From IMG/VR virus record IMGVR_UViG_3300037249_001000, positions 1 to 64,000 of that record: DNA of 64,000 nt; one strand, written 5' to 3'. The notes beneath the pieces were generated by a model. It had not been told where the DNA came from. It was given only the letters and a program-made list of their open reading frames with translations, and did not search any database. Position numbers and translations under genes: made by a program. Source of the DNA: a virus. Lineage: Duplodnaviria > Caudoviricetes. Shown here in pieces: positions 48,272-57,272 of this stretch (its first letter is position 1; every line of letters begins with the position of its first letter).

Positions 48272-49522
48272 TTATTCCTCGCTATCGTTTGTAATATTTT
48301 CTAAATATTCTTCAACCATATTATTATACTCATCAATTGCTTCAAATTCCGATGCTACATATTTTTCTATTTTATCATCAGACAGATTATGTTGACTAAT
48401 TAATATAATATCCTGTAATAATGTATAAAAATCATCATTTCTATTATTATCACTATCATCATTTATAATATCTTCCATTTTACGTAAAATATTAGATAGC
48501 GACATTATAGTTTTAATTCGTATATCATTATCTGATATTGAATCAATATTATATAAAATAACAGGAATCAACATAGGTGTTTTGTTATTAAAGAAATTTG
48601 TTCTATTAAGGAATTTATTATCTCTAAGTCTATAATATTTCTCAAAAATTTGATAAACATCATTGATATTAATTATACAAAATTTCATATTATCATAAAA
48701 TTCTTCTATCTTTTCAAGTGTTTCTTTATCAACATCTAATTTAGAAATGTAATTTAAATCATTTATTTCATTATAATGTGTTGATTTATTAACTATCGTA
48801 CGTTTAATAAAAATGTATTCAAGAATATTATCTAAAATCGATTTATAACTAAATGCATCTTCATCATCATCTAATTCTTCTATACGATTACAAATATCTT
48901 GATACACTTCTGGTGTCATAATATCATTTAAACTCATTCTCTCAATTATAGCAGAATTTTCCTCGTCATCTTCATCTTCGTCATCATCAAAATCAGAATC
49001 ATCGATATTAAGATGAATTTGATCTTGTAAAAATGAATCCACATGTTCTTCTGGAACATCTACTTCTATTTTAATAGGTTTTTCAACAACTAAATCAATC
49101 TTACTTAATCGTTTCATTGATTTAATTAATGATTTATCATCACTTGCGTTAATACAATCTTCAGCAGCTTCTAAATAATCCTTATTTATAATATTAGCTA
49201 CTGGTTTACTCATATTAGTAAATATATCAATTGATGCGGTTTGATAATTGTCTATAAAATCAACTAGTTTTTGTCTTTCTTCTAATGAATTAGAATACTT
49301 TTCATTAACCGAAGTTAATTCTTTTTCGAGATCTTCTATTTCTTCTTCATCATTACAACACTTTGATTTTAATTTTGAATTTTCTTTTTTCAATTCTTCC
49401 ATATTTTGTTTGAATTGAAGAAATTTTTCCTCATCCTCTTTCTTGGTAAGCGTACGAGTAATCACAGCTGATGTTACAACTCCTCCCACTAAAATACCTA
49501 ATTGATAAATACTGTTGCTCAT
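48272..49522 (-). CDS. N-anchored acidic coiled-coil early protein
   Basis: LGILVGGVVTSAVI followed by a coiled coil; TATATTAT at 49566-49573. Confidence 0.75.
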   Translation of the reverse strand: MSNSIYQLGILVGGVVTSAVITRTLTKKEDEEKFLQFKQNMEELKKENSKLKSKCCNDEEEIEDLEKELTSVNEKYSNSLEERQKLVDFIDNYQTASIDIFTNMSKPVANIINKDYLEAAEDCINASDDKSLIKSMKRLSKIDLVVEKPIKIEVDVPEEHVDSFLQDQIHLNIDDSDFDDDEDEDDEENSAIIERMSLNDIMTPEVYQDICNRIEELDDDEDAFSYKSILDNILEYIFIKRTIVNKSTHYNEINDLNYISKLDVDKETLEKIEEFYDNMKFCIININDVYQIFEKYYRLRDNKFLNRTNFFNNKTPMLIPVILYNIDSISDNDIRIKTIMSLSNILRKMEDIINDDSDNNRNDDFYTLLQDIILISQHNLSDDKIEKYVASEFEAIDEYNNMVEEYLENITNDSEE

Positions 49523-49638
49523 ATGACATTCTCCTTTATAAATAATTTATATTTAATATACAATGATAATATATAATTCAATAAAATAATAAATTAATTA
49601 GTATGAATAAGAATAGTTCTTATTCATACTAATATTAT

Positions 49639-50070
49639 TTAAAACTTTTTCTTTCTAATTGGGACTAGTGCAGGTTTACCATTTTCGAGCATATTAATAA
49701 ACTTTTCTCTATCTTTCCAGATAATCTTATACTTTGCATCAAAATAATCCATATCTGTCCAATATCTATTAAGTTTATTTCCTTGTGCTAAAAGTATTCC
49801 TACAATATAATTTTTTGGAAGTTCACTTTTAATTTTTTCTTCTAAAAAATTACAAACGTCTTTATTCGTAATCTTACCAAAGAATTCAGAATCATAATTC
49901 TCAGGAACAGACAAAATTAGCATATACTCGTTCTCATATTTTTTATTAATAGTTGAAACAATTTCAACGCCTAATAATTTCATAACATCAAGTATACTAT
50001 ATGCCGCTGAATCTAATCCATATTCTTTAAAAAAATTTTTTGGTTGCCTACGATGTATTATCATAAACAT
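49639..50070 (-). CDS. Hypothetical protein, paralog of 51075..51569
   Basis: LSVPENYDSEFFGKITNKDVCNFLEE versus ITLPEFYESTFFDGITHNDIICFIQE. Confidence 0.7.
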   Translation of the reverse strand: MFMIIHRRQPKNFFKEYGLDSAAYSILDVMKLLGVEIVSTINKKYENEYMLILSVPENYDSEFFGKITNKDVCNFLEEKIKSELPKNYIVGILLAQGNKLNRYWTDMDYFDAKYKIIWKDREKFINMLENGKPALVPIRKKKF

Positions 50071-50082
50071 TCCTCCATAGAA

Positions 50083-51051
50083 TTATTCATGAATAAATTT
50101 TTCAAGTTTATCTGTTATCAATACAGATGTATCTTGTAAATCATATTTAAAAGCCAAATCATTTACCAATGATTTATATGCTGCTTTTATTGCATTAGTT
50201 AATGATGTAGCAATATCCTCTGAATTAATATTTAAATTGTTATATTTATTATAAATTCTGTCATATAAACTAGCTAAATCACTATTAATTCCATCATCAT
50301 CAAATTGTTTCATTATTACAGTCGATAAAATATCCATTGTCTTCGTGGCAGATAGCATTGTATTATAATTAATTTCATATATATGCTTCAAATCAGATTC
50401 AGCATCTAAGTACTTTAATACTAAACTATTACTCACATCTTTATTAAATTTATCAATAGTTCTCCCTTTATCTATTAATAAAGGTCTATGCATTACGGCT
50501 CGAAATGTATTATCAACATGCATGAAAATTAGATTATACCTGTTATCAAGATGTTGATCAACTGTATCTGCTATAAAAAATAAATTTTCACTTTTTCTAT
50601 CTACTCCACCAAGTAGTATCACACTTGATTCAGTATCGGTATTTTTTTGATTATAGAGAATATAAAGTGAATTAAAAACATCCTTAGTTACTTTAATATC
50701 ATGAGAAAAAATTAAAGGTGTTTGTCCATAGTCTCTAATATATGTTTCCAATCTACTTAATTTAAGATTAAAATTCTGACTTTGCTCTATAAATGACACT
50801 AAATCATTTTTCTTAAAATACTTATCATAAAAATGTTTTTCAGCTTTATACTCCTTAAGTTCTCTAAACGTCATATTATAGATATCATTACAGATATCAT
50901 AACATTTTTCATCTAAAGGACTGTCATATAGAGCAGTCAATCTATCAATAACATTAACACAATAATATACATAATCTAATTGATTAACATAAACCCCTAA
51001 ATCATATAATTCTTTTATCATTTCCACACCAATATAATCTGTTATTTTCAT
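50083..51051 (-). CDS. Hypothetical protein
   Basis: 322-aa ORF with RBS aaggag. Confidence 0.75.
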   Translation of the reverse strand: MKITDYIGVEMIKELYDLGVYVNQLDYVYYCVNVIDRLTALYDSPLDEKCYDICNDIYNMTFRELKEYKAEKHFYDKYFKKNDLVSFIEQSQNFNLKLSRLETYIRDYGQTPLIFSHDIKVTKDVFNSLYILYNQKNTDTESSVILLGGVDRKSENLFFIADTVDQHLDNRYNLIFMHVDNTFRAVMHRPLLIDKGRTIDKFNKDVSNSLVLKYLDAESDLKHIYEINYNTMLSATKTMDILSTVIMKQFDDDGINSDLASLYDRIYNKYNNLNINSEDIATSLTNAIKAAYKSLVNDLAFKYDLQDTSVLITDKLEKFIHE

Positions 51052-51074
51052 TTTTATTGTCTCCTTAAATTTTA

Positions 51075-51569
51075 TTATAACATATTATATTTACCAGCTA
51101 ATAAAAATCTATAAAAATCTATAAGAGAACCATCTCTTATATCTGGGTGAGAATAAGCCCATTCTTTCTGATATTTAGGTTTTTTAGTTCTTGAATTAAA
51201 CTTACCATTCTCCCAGTCATCATTAACTGATAAAAATTTTTCTTTTGTCCAAGTTTTATTATTAGCAATATCATAAATAACTGAAATGTTAAATACAACA
51301 TCATCAGATCTAATAAAATTAGCTAATGATTCTTGAATAAAACAGATAATATCATTATGAGTAATACCATCAAAAAAAGTTGACTCGTAAAACTCAGGTA
51401 ATGTTATAGAAAGAACTAATCCTTTCTCATCTGTTTTAATAAAATTATTAAACTTTGCTCCTAATACACACATCTTGTATACTGGAAGTTCTGGATGACT
51501 AAATTCTATATTCTTAAAACATTTTATGTCATAGTCATCAACAACTGCTGAACGAAATTTCATATCCAC
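51075..51569 (-). CDS. Hypothetical protein, paralog of 49639..50070
   Basis: GTG start with RBS gaggt; shared PE.Y.S.FF..IT..D motif. Confidence 0.7.
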   Translation of the reverse strand: MDMKFRSAVVDDYDIKCFKNIEFSHPELPVYKMCVLGAKFNNFIKTDEKGLVLSITLPEFYESTFFDGITHNDIICFIQESLANFIRSDDVVFNISVIYDIANNKTWTKEKFLSVNDDWENGKFNSRTKKPKYQKEWAYSHPDIRDGSLIDFYRFLLAGKYNML

Positions 51570-51609
51570 GTTTACCTCTCTTTTACATATTCGATATAAT
51601 CTTGAAATA

Positions 51610-53694
51610 TTAAAATTTGATTATATTCGTTAATTTATCTGTTTTCCGATTTACACCATTTCTAGTTTTTCCCTCACATGTAAATTTATTATTAAATATT
51701 TCAAGTACTGCTTTAAAAGGAGCAATAATATTATTAACCATCGTATTTATATCAATATATGGTATTGCCCATTCAGGTATAGTTGCATTACTTGGGATAG
51801 CTAAAACTTGTAAACCTCTTTTTTTAACAGTTACATCAGAACCTTTTACCTTTGTAGTAACGAATATATTGGTATCATCATTAAATATTTTTTCAATAAT
51901 AATATTATATACTTCAGGATTCGTTTTTTTTAAATCAACAATATCATCTTCAGTAAATATATTCATTTTAACAAGACTTACTTTTGCAGGTAAATCTATT
52001 ACATTATCTGGATTTAAAATATTCCATGCTAATGCACCTCTTACTGATTGTTCACTTGCGGGGTCTTTGTATGCGGCAATTTCTTTAGCTGAACCATTTG
52101 GAAGAAATTTACGTTCTCCACTCAAAATGCTTTCTCTCACTTCATTTTCAAAATTACGCAAATCTTTAATTATATTTTTCAGTTCAATAGTTTCTGAACC
52201 AATTATATAATTTTGAATAATCTTCATAAAACGGTCTTCCGCATATTCACTACAAGTCGCTTTCTTAAAATCAAATCCTTTAATATCATTCTTCGGTGGA
52301 TTCATAAGATTACCCTCACGAAGAAGAATCTTACTAATATATCTTTTCTTTGATTTACCTACAATAAGTAGAGGCATGAAAAATTCATTCTTCATACTGA
52401 ATCTATATCTAAATTCTTCAGGTACATTTGACATCTCACCATAATACATAAGAATTTTACTAATAGCTTCAGTAATTACATAAGTAATAGAATTTACAAT
52501 AACAAATGAATTATGTTCATCGTCTCTACCAAATGTTTCTCCTTTAATAATATTATCATTAATCCAACCTACCAAAATATCTAATGAAAGAATATTTGAA
52601 TCTGTATCGATTACTGTAACTACTCTACGTTTAAAATTACGTAATCTATAAATTCTATCAAAGGATAAATATTTTGTAAATACATATTTCATTATATATT
52701 TTTTAAATATTTCGAGTTCATCTTTAATCGCATCTGGTGTTACATTAGGATTCATAAAATACTCTTTATCAACATACTCATTCCATTCTTTTACATCCAT
52801 ACCATGTGTATCAATATACTCATAATTATCATCATTTACTTTTTCTAAATTTTGTACATTTTTCATTATAGTATAAAAAATATTTTGAATAGGTTTATGA
52901 TTATCAAAAAATGAAATGATATTATTTTTATAATATAAAATTGTAACTTCATCTTCTGTAAGATTTGAAAGATAGCTATACAACAATTCATCATCATTGT
53001 AAGATTTTATAATCAACTTATCATACAATCTTTCATATGTTTCATCAACACTTTTCTTTACAATAAAATCATCTAATTCAAAATTATCTTCTTTAATAAT
53101 TTTATTCATCCAATGAATCAATTCATTAATATTTATAAAATTATAATTATCAGCCAAAAATGATTCAAAAAAGTTTTTAGCTGTACTAATAACTGATTGA
53201 GCAGTAAGTGTTGTTGCTGGACCAGAATATTCGCTATAAAACGCAGAAGATGGTGCACCACTTGCACCATAATATGAATTCGCGTTTATTTTCTGGTTCT
53301 GTTGAGACCTGTCCAAATCTTTATATTTTGGAGAATTTGTATCCTCGACTTTAAACATTTCTTTTTTTAATTTTTTTCTTGTTATAAGAAAATTATCAAG
53401 CATCTGAGCAATTGGATTTTTTGCTTCATGTTGATTCATATAAAATGTTCCATTACCTGCAACTATTGGTTTTCTTTCTATAATCCAATCTAGTGTTGCA
53501 AGTAAAGTTGTTTCTCTCTTTTCACCAGTAAAGTTATTATCTAATATTACTGATGGATTTTGAATTCTTTCTTTAATCATTTTATCAATTACTTTTTCTA
53601 TGTTTTTTTTATCCCATTCTGGATTTGCTTGCATCATAGTTTTAACCATTTCTTTTTTATATTTCTTTATAAATTTACTTTCTAATATATCCAT
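51610..53694 (-). CDS. polB: Family B DNA polymerase, catalytic subunit of a split jumbo-phage polymerase
   Basis: KINANSYYG (motif B), VIDTDS (motif C), KKRY and KGFD; no exonuclease or motif A region seen; start moved to MDILES; AACA-N6-TA at 53728-53739. Confidence 0.85.
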   Translation of the reverse strand: MDILESKFIKKYKKEMVKTMMQANPEWDKKNIEKVIDKMIKERIQNPSVILDNNFTGEKRETTLLATLDWIIERKPIVAGNGTFYMNQHEAKNPIAQMLDNFLITRKKLKKEMFKVEDTNSPKYKDLDRSQQNQKINANSYYGASGAPSSAFYSEYSGPATTLTAQSVISTAKNFFESFLADNYNFININELIHWMNKIIKEDNFELDDFIVKKSVDETYERLYDKLIIKSYNDDELLYSYLSNLTEDEVTILYYKNNIISFFDNHKPIQNIFYTIMKNVQNLEKVNDDNYEYIDTHGMDVKEWNEYVDKEYFMNPNVTPDAIKDELEIFKKYIMKYVFTKYLSFDRIYRLRNFKRRVVTVIDTDSNILSLDILVGWINDNIIKGETFGRDDEHNSFVIVNSITYVITEAISKILMYYGEMSNVPEEFRYRFSMKNEFFMPLLIVGKSKKRYISKILLREGNLMNPPKNDIKGFDFKKATCSEYAEDRFMKIIQNYIIGSETIELKNIIKDLRNFENEVRESILSGERKFLPNGSAKEIAAYKDPASEQSVRGALAWNILNPDNVIDLPAKVSLVKMNIFTEDDIVDLKKTNPEVYNIIIEKIFNDDTNIFVTTKVKGSDVTVKKRGLQVLAIPSNATIPEWAIPYIDINTMVNNIIAPFKAVLEIFNNKFTCEGKTRNGVNRKTDKLTNIIKF

Positions 53695-53838
53695 ATTATA
53701 TTTCCCTCCATTATTTTTCAATGAATTTAAATTGATGTTTTTATGTATATAGATTTGAATTTTAAAAATCATATATTTTTGTTACAATATATTAAATGAA
53801 TTTCTAAAATTAATATAATTTGAAAGGTGGAAATAATT

Positions 53839-54753
53839 ATGTCTTTTTCAGATATTTTAAGAAGACCATTGCCTTCTCAATCACTTTATACAGAGTCTGA
53901 GGATGAATCAGTATTTGATGATCCTAATGCAATAAAAAAGCAATTAGATAAGGAAGTATCCGAAGATGTGGATGATTATGGTTCATCATATGGTGATGAT
54001 TTTGACTCATATTCATCAGATGATTCTGATAATTTAAGTTATGATGATGAATGTGGAGATAGTGATTACAGTAATAACTATGAATATGATGAGGGCGGAG
54101 ACTGTTCAAACTGCGAAGAAGATGCAGACTTAGATGAGGATGACATTGATGATATTGCAGATGAACTTGAGGATATTGATCTTGAAGATCTCAGTGATGA
54201 GGAATTAAGTCAGATGGAAGACGAACTCGAAAATCAAGAGATTGATAATATTGTCGGTGAACCTGAGCAAGTTGATCTTGATCCCGAGGAAGAAAAAGTC
54301 GCAGATGACCTCATGGCTGTAAGTGCTACTACAGAACTTATTAATAATGAGCTTAATGCTGAAGAAAGAGCTCAATTCTATGAATCTGCAAGAGATACAC
54401 AAATTGCTGTATATGAGGGTTTTCTTCTTGAGTCAGATATTCAAGATGGTAGAGAGATTGATGATGACTTCTTTACTGAGTCTAAGATGTGGAGAAAAAC
54501 AATGGTTCGTTTCTCCAAGGATGATAGAAAGAAACAGCTCTATTCTGTTGCAGTAAATGTATCAGCACGTGCTCACAATGACCCTCTTTATTTCAAGTAT
54601 CAGAAGATTCTTAAAGCGAGAAAACTTTATAAACGCAAGCTTGAGAAGAAGTACCATGCTGAAGCTATTAAACGTATGAAAGTATACTTCAATAGATTGA
54701 AGAATTCTAAATCTTCAGTTCTTGCTAATATTGGAAAGAAATTCAGTAAATAA
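53839..54753 (+). CDS. Late protein with long acidic propeptide-like region and basic C-terminal domain
   Basis: YTE|S, FYE|S, LLE|S and FTE|S sites; about 90-aa K/R-rich tail; promoter variant TACA-N6-TA at 53783-53794. Confidence 0.7.
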   Translation: MSFSDILRRPLPSQSLYTESEDESVFDDPNAIKKQLDKEVSEDVDDYGSSYGDDFDSYSSDDSDNLSYDDECGDSDYSNNYEYDEGGDCSNCEEDADLDEDDIDDIADELEDIDLEDLSDEELSQMEDELENQEIDNIVGEPEQVDLDPEEEKVADDLMAVSATTELINNELNAEERAQFYESARDTQIAVYEGFLLESDIQDGREIDDDFFTESKMWRKTMVRFSKDDRKKQLYSVAVNVSARAHNDPLYFKYQKILKARKLYKRKLEKKYHAEAIKRMKVYFNRLKNSKSSVLANIGKKFSK

Positions 54754-54754
54754 T

Positions 54755-54792
54755 TATAAGTAGTGTGATATTTTTATATCACACTACTTATT
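54755..54792. terminator. Terminator-like inverted repeat
   Basis: tataagtagtgtgatat/atatcacactacttata. Confidence 0.75.
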
Positions 54793-54863
54793 TATATATC
54801 ATTTAATTGATATTCAATATCATATTCAACTTTTCATTAATAAAATTTTAAGGAGGTCATTTT

Positions 54864-55625
54864 ATGTCAGAAATGAATTTTGAAGGAGTTGTGTATCTAA
54901 ATCAATTAGCAATGATAGAAGAAAAAATATCTAATAAAAATGAGATAGGATTTCTAATAGATTTGTCTAAATTTAATAAGATTTGGTTTACTAGCGATGA
55001 ACATTTTGGTTCACAACGAGCTCTCGAATTATCTCAACGTATAGAATTTATGCCAAATAATGTTAGTAAAATGAATAACCACATTATTAGATGTCATAAT
55101 AAAAGAGTTGGTAAAAATGATTTGGTCATTCATTTAGGAGACTTTGGTATTTTTAATTATTTGACACATCTAAACGGTCAGCATATTTTAATACGAGGAA
55201 ACTATGAAATAGATGATGAATCATTTTTTGAAAAAGTACATGCTCCCGGTGTAATTGATAAGTTAGCTGGTGGAATTTCTTGTTTACAAGATAATATGTA
55301 TTTTAGCAATAACACGTTATCAAAATATTTTAGTTCTAAATTCTGTGATAAAATTGAGCTACTGTATATGACTCATAAACCAGAAGATTGTATTATAGCT
55401 GATGAATTGATAAATGTTGTTGAAGATAGTTATAAACCATTTCAGTTAATGAATGGTAATTATATTATGAATCTATTTGGACATATTCATGAAAAAGCAA
55501 AAGTAAAACCTTACGGATTAAATGTTGGCATAGATTGTCATCATTATTATCCATTTTCAACTGAAGAAGTTGAATTTTATTTAATGGCTATTCTTGATCA
55601 CTATGATAAAAATGTGTTTATGTGA
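54864..55625 (+). CDS. Calcineurin-like metallophosphoesterase
   Basis: TSDEHFG, HLGDFG, RGNYE, THKP, FGHIH and NVGID motifs. Confidence 0.88.
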   Translation: MSEMNFEGVVYLNQLAMIEEKISNKNEIGFLIDLSKFNKIWFTSDEHFGSQRALELSQRIEFMPNNVSKMNNHIIRCHNKRVGKNDLVIHLGDFGIFNYLTHLNGQHILIRGNYEIDDESFFEKVHAPGVIDKLAGGISCLQDNMYFSNNTLSKYFSSKFCDKIELLYMTHKPEDCIIADELINVVEDSYKPFQLMNGNYIMNLFGHIHEKAKVKPYGLNVGIDCHHYYPFSTEEVEFYLMAILDHYDKNVFM

Positions 55626-55750
55626 TAAAAATATAATGAGATGATAAGATTATCATCTCATTATAAGCTATGGGAAAAGAAAAAGTAAAGGGGTATTTCA
55701 TTTTTCATCGTTACTTATATGTTATAGATTTGAGGTGAAAATAATTATTT

Positions 55751-56809
55751 ATGACAAATAAAGAAATAAAACAAGATATAATAGAAAAATTATTTCAGAG
55801 ACCAGGAATTTATACAAGAAAAATTAATGATAAACAATATAGAACACGATGCCCATTATGTGGTGATAGTAAAAAGAATGAAAATACTGGTCATTTCTAT
55901 ATAAAAATAGATACATCTGATAATTCACCTATAGCATATCATTGTTTTCTATGTGAAGAGGGTGGTATACTACAACCATCTCTTTTATCATTATTGGAAA
56001 TTGATGATATAGATTTAAAATCTAATTTATCAATGTTAAATAAGACATCAGATAAAATAGATAAAAAAGGTTTAATTAATAATAATCAAATAATTACATT
56101 TGATTATAAATTACCTGAAATAACACGAGGAGTAAAAACAGAATATATTGAAAAGAGACTTGGATTAAAAATAACCGACAATGAGTTTAGAAGTTTCAAA
56201 ACTATAACATCATTAAGTGATTTCTTACTCTTTAATAATATTCATAATATTACATGTAGTCCATATGTTGCAAGTAAATTAGAATCAAAATATATAGGAT
56301 TTTTATCACATGGTAACTCGCATATATTATTTAGAGATGTTACTGATACCGAAGAATTAAGATGGGTAAAATATCCTATAACACCAAAAAGTTCTAACAA
56401 TAGAATATTTTATTCTATTGAATCTGAAGTAGATATTTTCACTAAAGACAAAATAATAATAAACTTAGCTGAAGGTGTTTTAGACATCCTATCGGCTAAT
56501 TTAAATTTGAAATATAATAAACCAAATACTGTTAATATTTGTGTATCTGGTAAATATTATGATTCAATTATTATGTATTTAATATCAATAGGTTTTGTAG
56601 GTTCAAATATTGAATTGAATATATTTGCAGATAATGATGCAAAATTTAATAATAAAAATATGAATAAAACAACATCATTATCATACTATAAAAAGATGTT
56701 GAATAAATACAGGTATTTATTCAAAGATTGTAATGTATACTATAATCTTAAGAGTAAAGATATAGGCGTACCAATTGATAAGATTATACTGGAAAAATAT
56801 ACTATATAG
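55751..56809 (+). CDS. DNA primase (Zn finger + TOPRIM)
   Basis: RCPLCGDS..HFY..HCFLC; AEGVLD; FADND; KDIG. Confidence 0.85.
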   Translation: MTNKEIKQDIIEKLFQRPGIYTRKINDKQYRTRCPLCGDSKKNENTGHFYIKIDTSDNSPIAYHCFLCEEGGILQPSLLSLLEIDDIDLKSNLSMLNKTSDKIDKKGLINNNQIITFDYKLPEITRGVKTEYIEKRLGLKITDNEFRSFKTITSLSDFLLFNNIHNITCSPYVASKLESKYIGFLSHGNSHILFRDVTDTEELRWVKYPITPKSSNNRIFYSIESEVDIFTKDKIIINLAEGVLDILSANLNLKYNKPNTVNICVSGKYYDSIIMYLISIGFVGSNIELNIFADNDAKFNNKNMNKTTSLSYYKKMLNKYRYLFKDCNVYYNLKSKDIGVPIDKIILEKYTI

Positions 56810-56882
56810 TATTTTATATAATCTTATTTATATATTATTTTGTTGTATATGGAATACGAAATATTTTAAAGGAGTGAAAACA

Positions 56883-57056
56883 ATGAAAGTATTCAATATC
56901 AATTCTATTATTGACAGTCTCATCGAGACTGTCAGAGAAAACATTAACGAGGGGTATAGTGGCTACGATTTCGTAGCCACTGAATCCCTAAAAATCAATG
57001 ATTTGATGGACGAGTTATATCGTCCTCAATCAATGATTGAGGATGACGAAGATTAA
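56883..57056 (+). CDS. Small acidic early protein (57 aa)
   Basis: RBS aaggag; TATATTAT at 56831-56838. Confidence 0.7.
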   Translation: MKVFNINSIIDSLIETVRENINEGYSGYDFVATESLKINDLMDELYRPQSMIEDDED

Positions 57057-57069
57057 TATCTTCATCTTC

Positions 57070-57213
57070 CGAGAGAAAGGAGGTGTGATTATGTGGGAAG
57101 AGACATTCCTAGGTGAATAATCATACCTCCTTATAGTAGTATTGGGCAAAAATCCAATACTATTCTCGTGAAAAAAATAAATGAGTTGATTTATACGACT
57201 CATTTATTTTTTT
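57070..57213 (+). ncRNA. Candidate structured RNA enclosing a 9-codon ORF (57091-57120, MWEETFLGE)
   Basis: aaggaggtgtgattat (57077-57092) pairs with ataatcatacctcctt (57117-57132); second hairpin tagtattgg/ccaatacta; closing stem cgaga/tctcg; terminator at 57171-57213. Confidence 0.5.
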
Positions 57214-57272
57214 TTATTTTTTTATAATACATAGCACAATTCATTAATTAAAATTTGAAAAGAGGTAATAAT

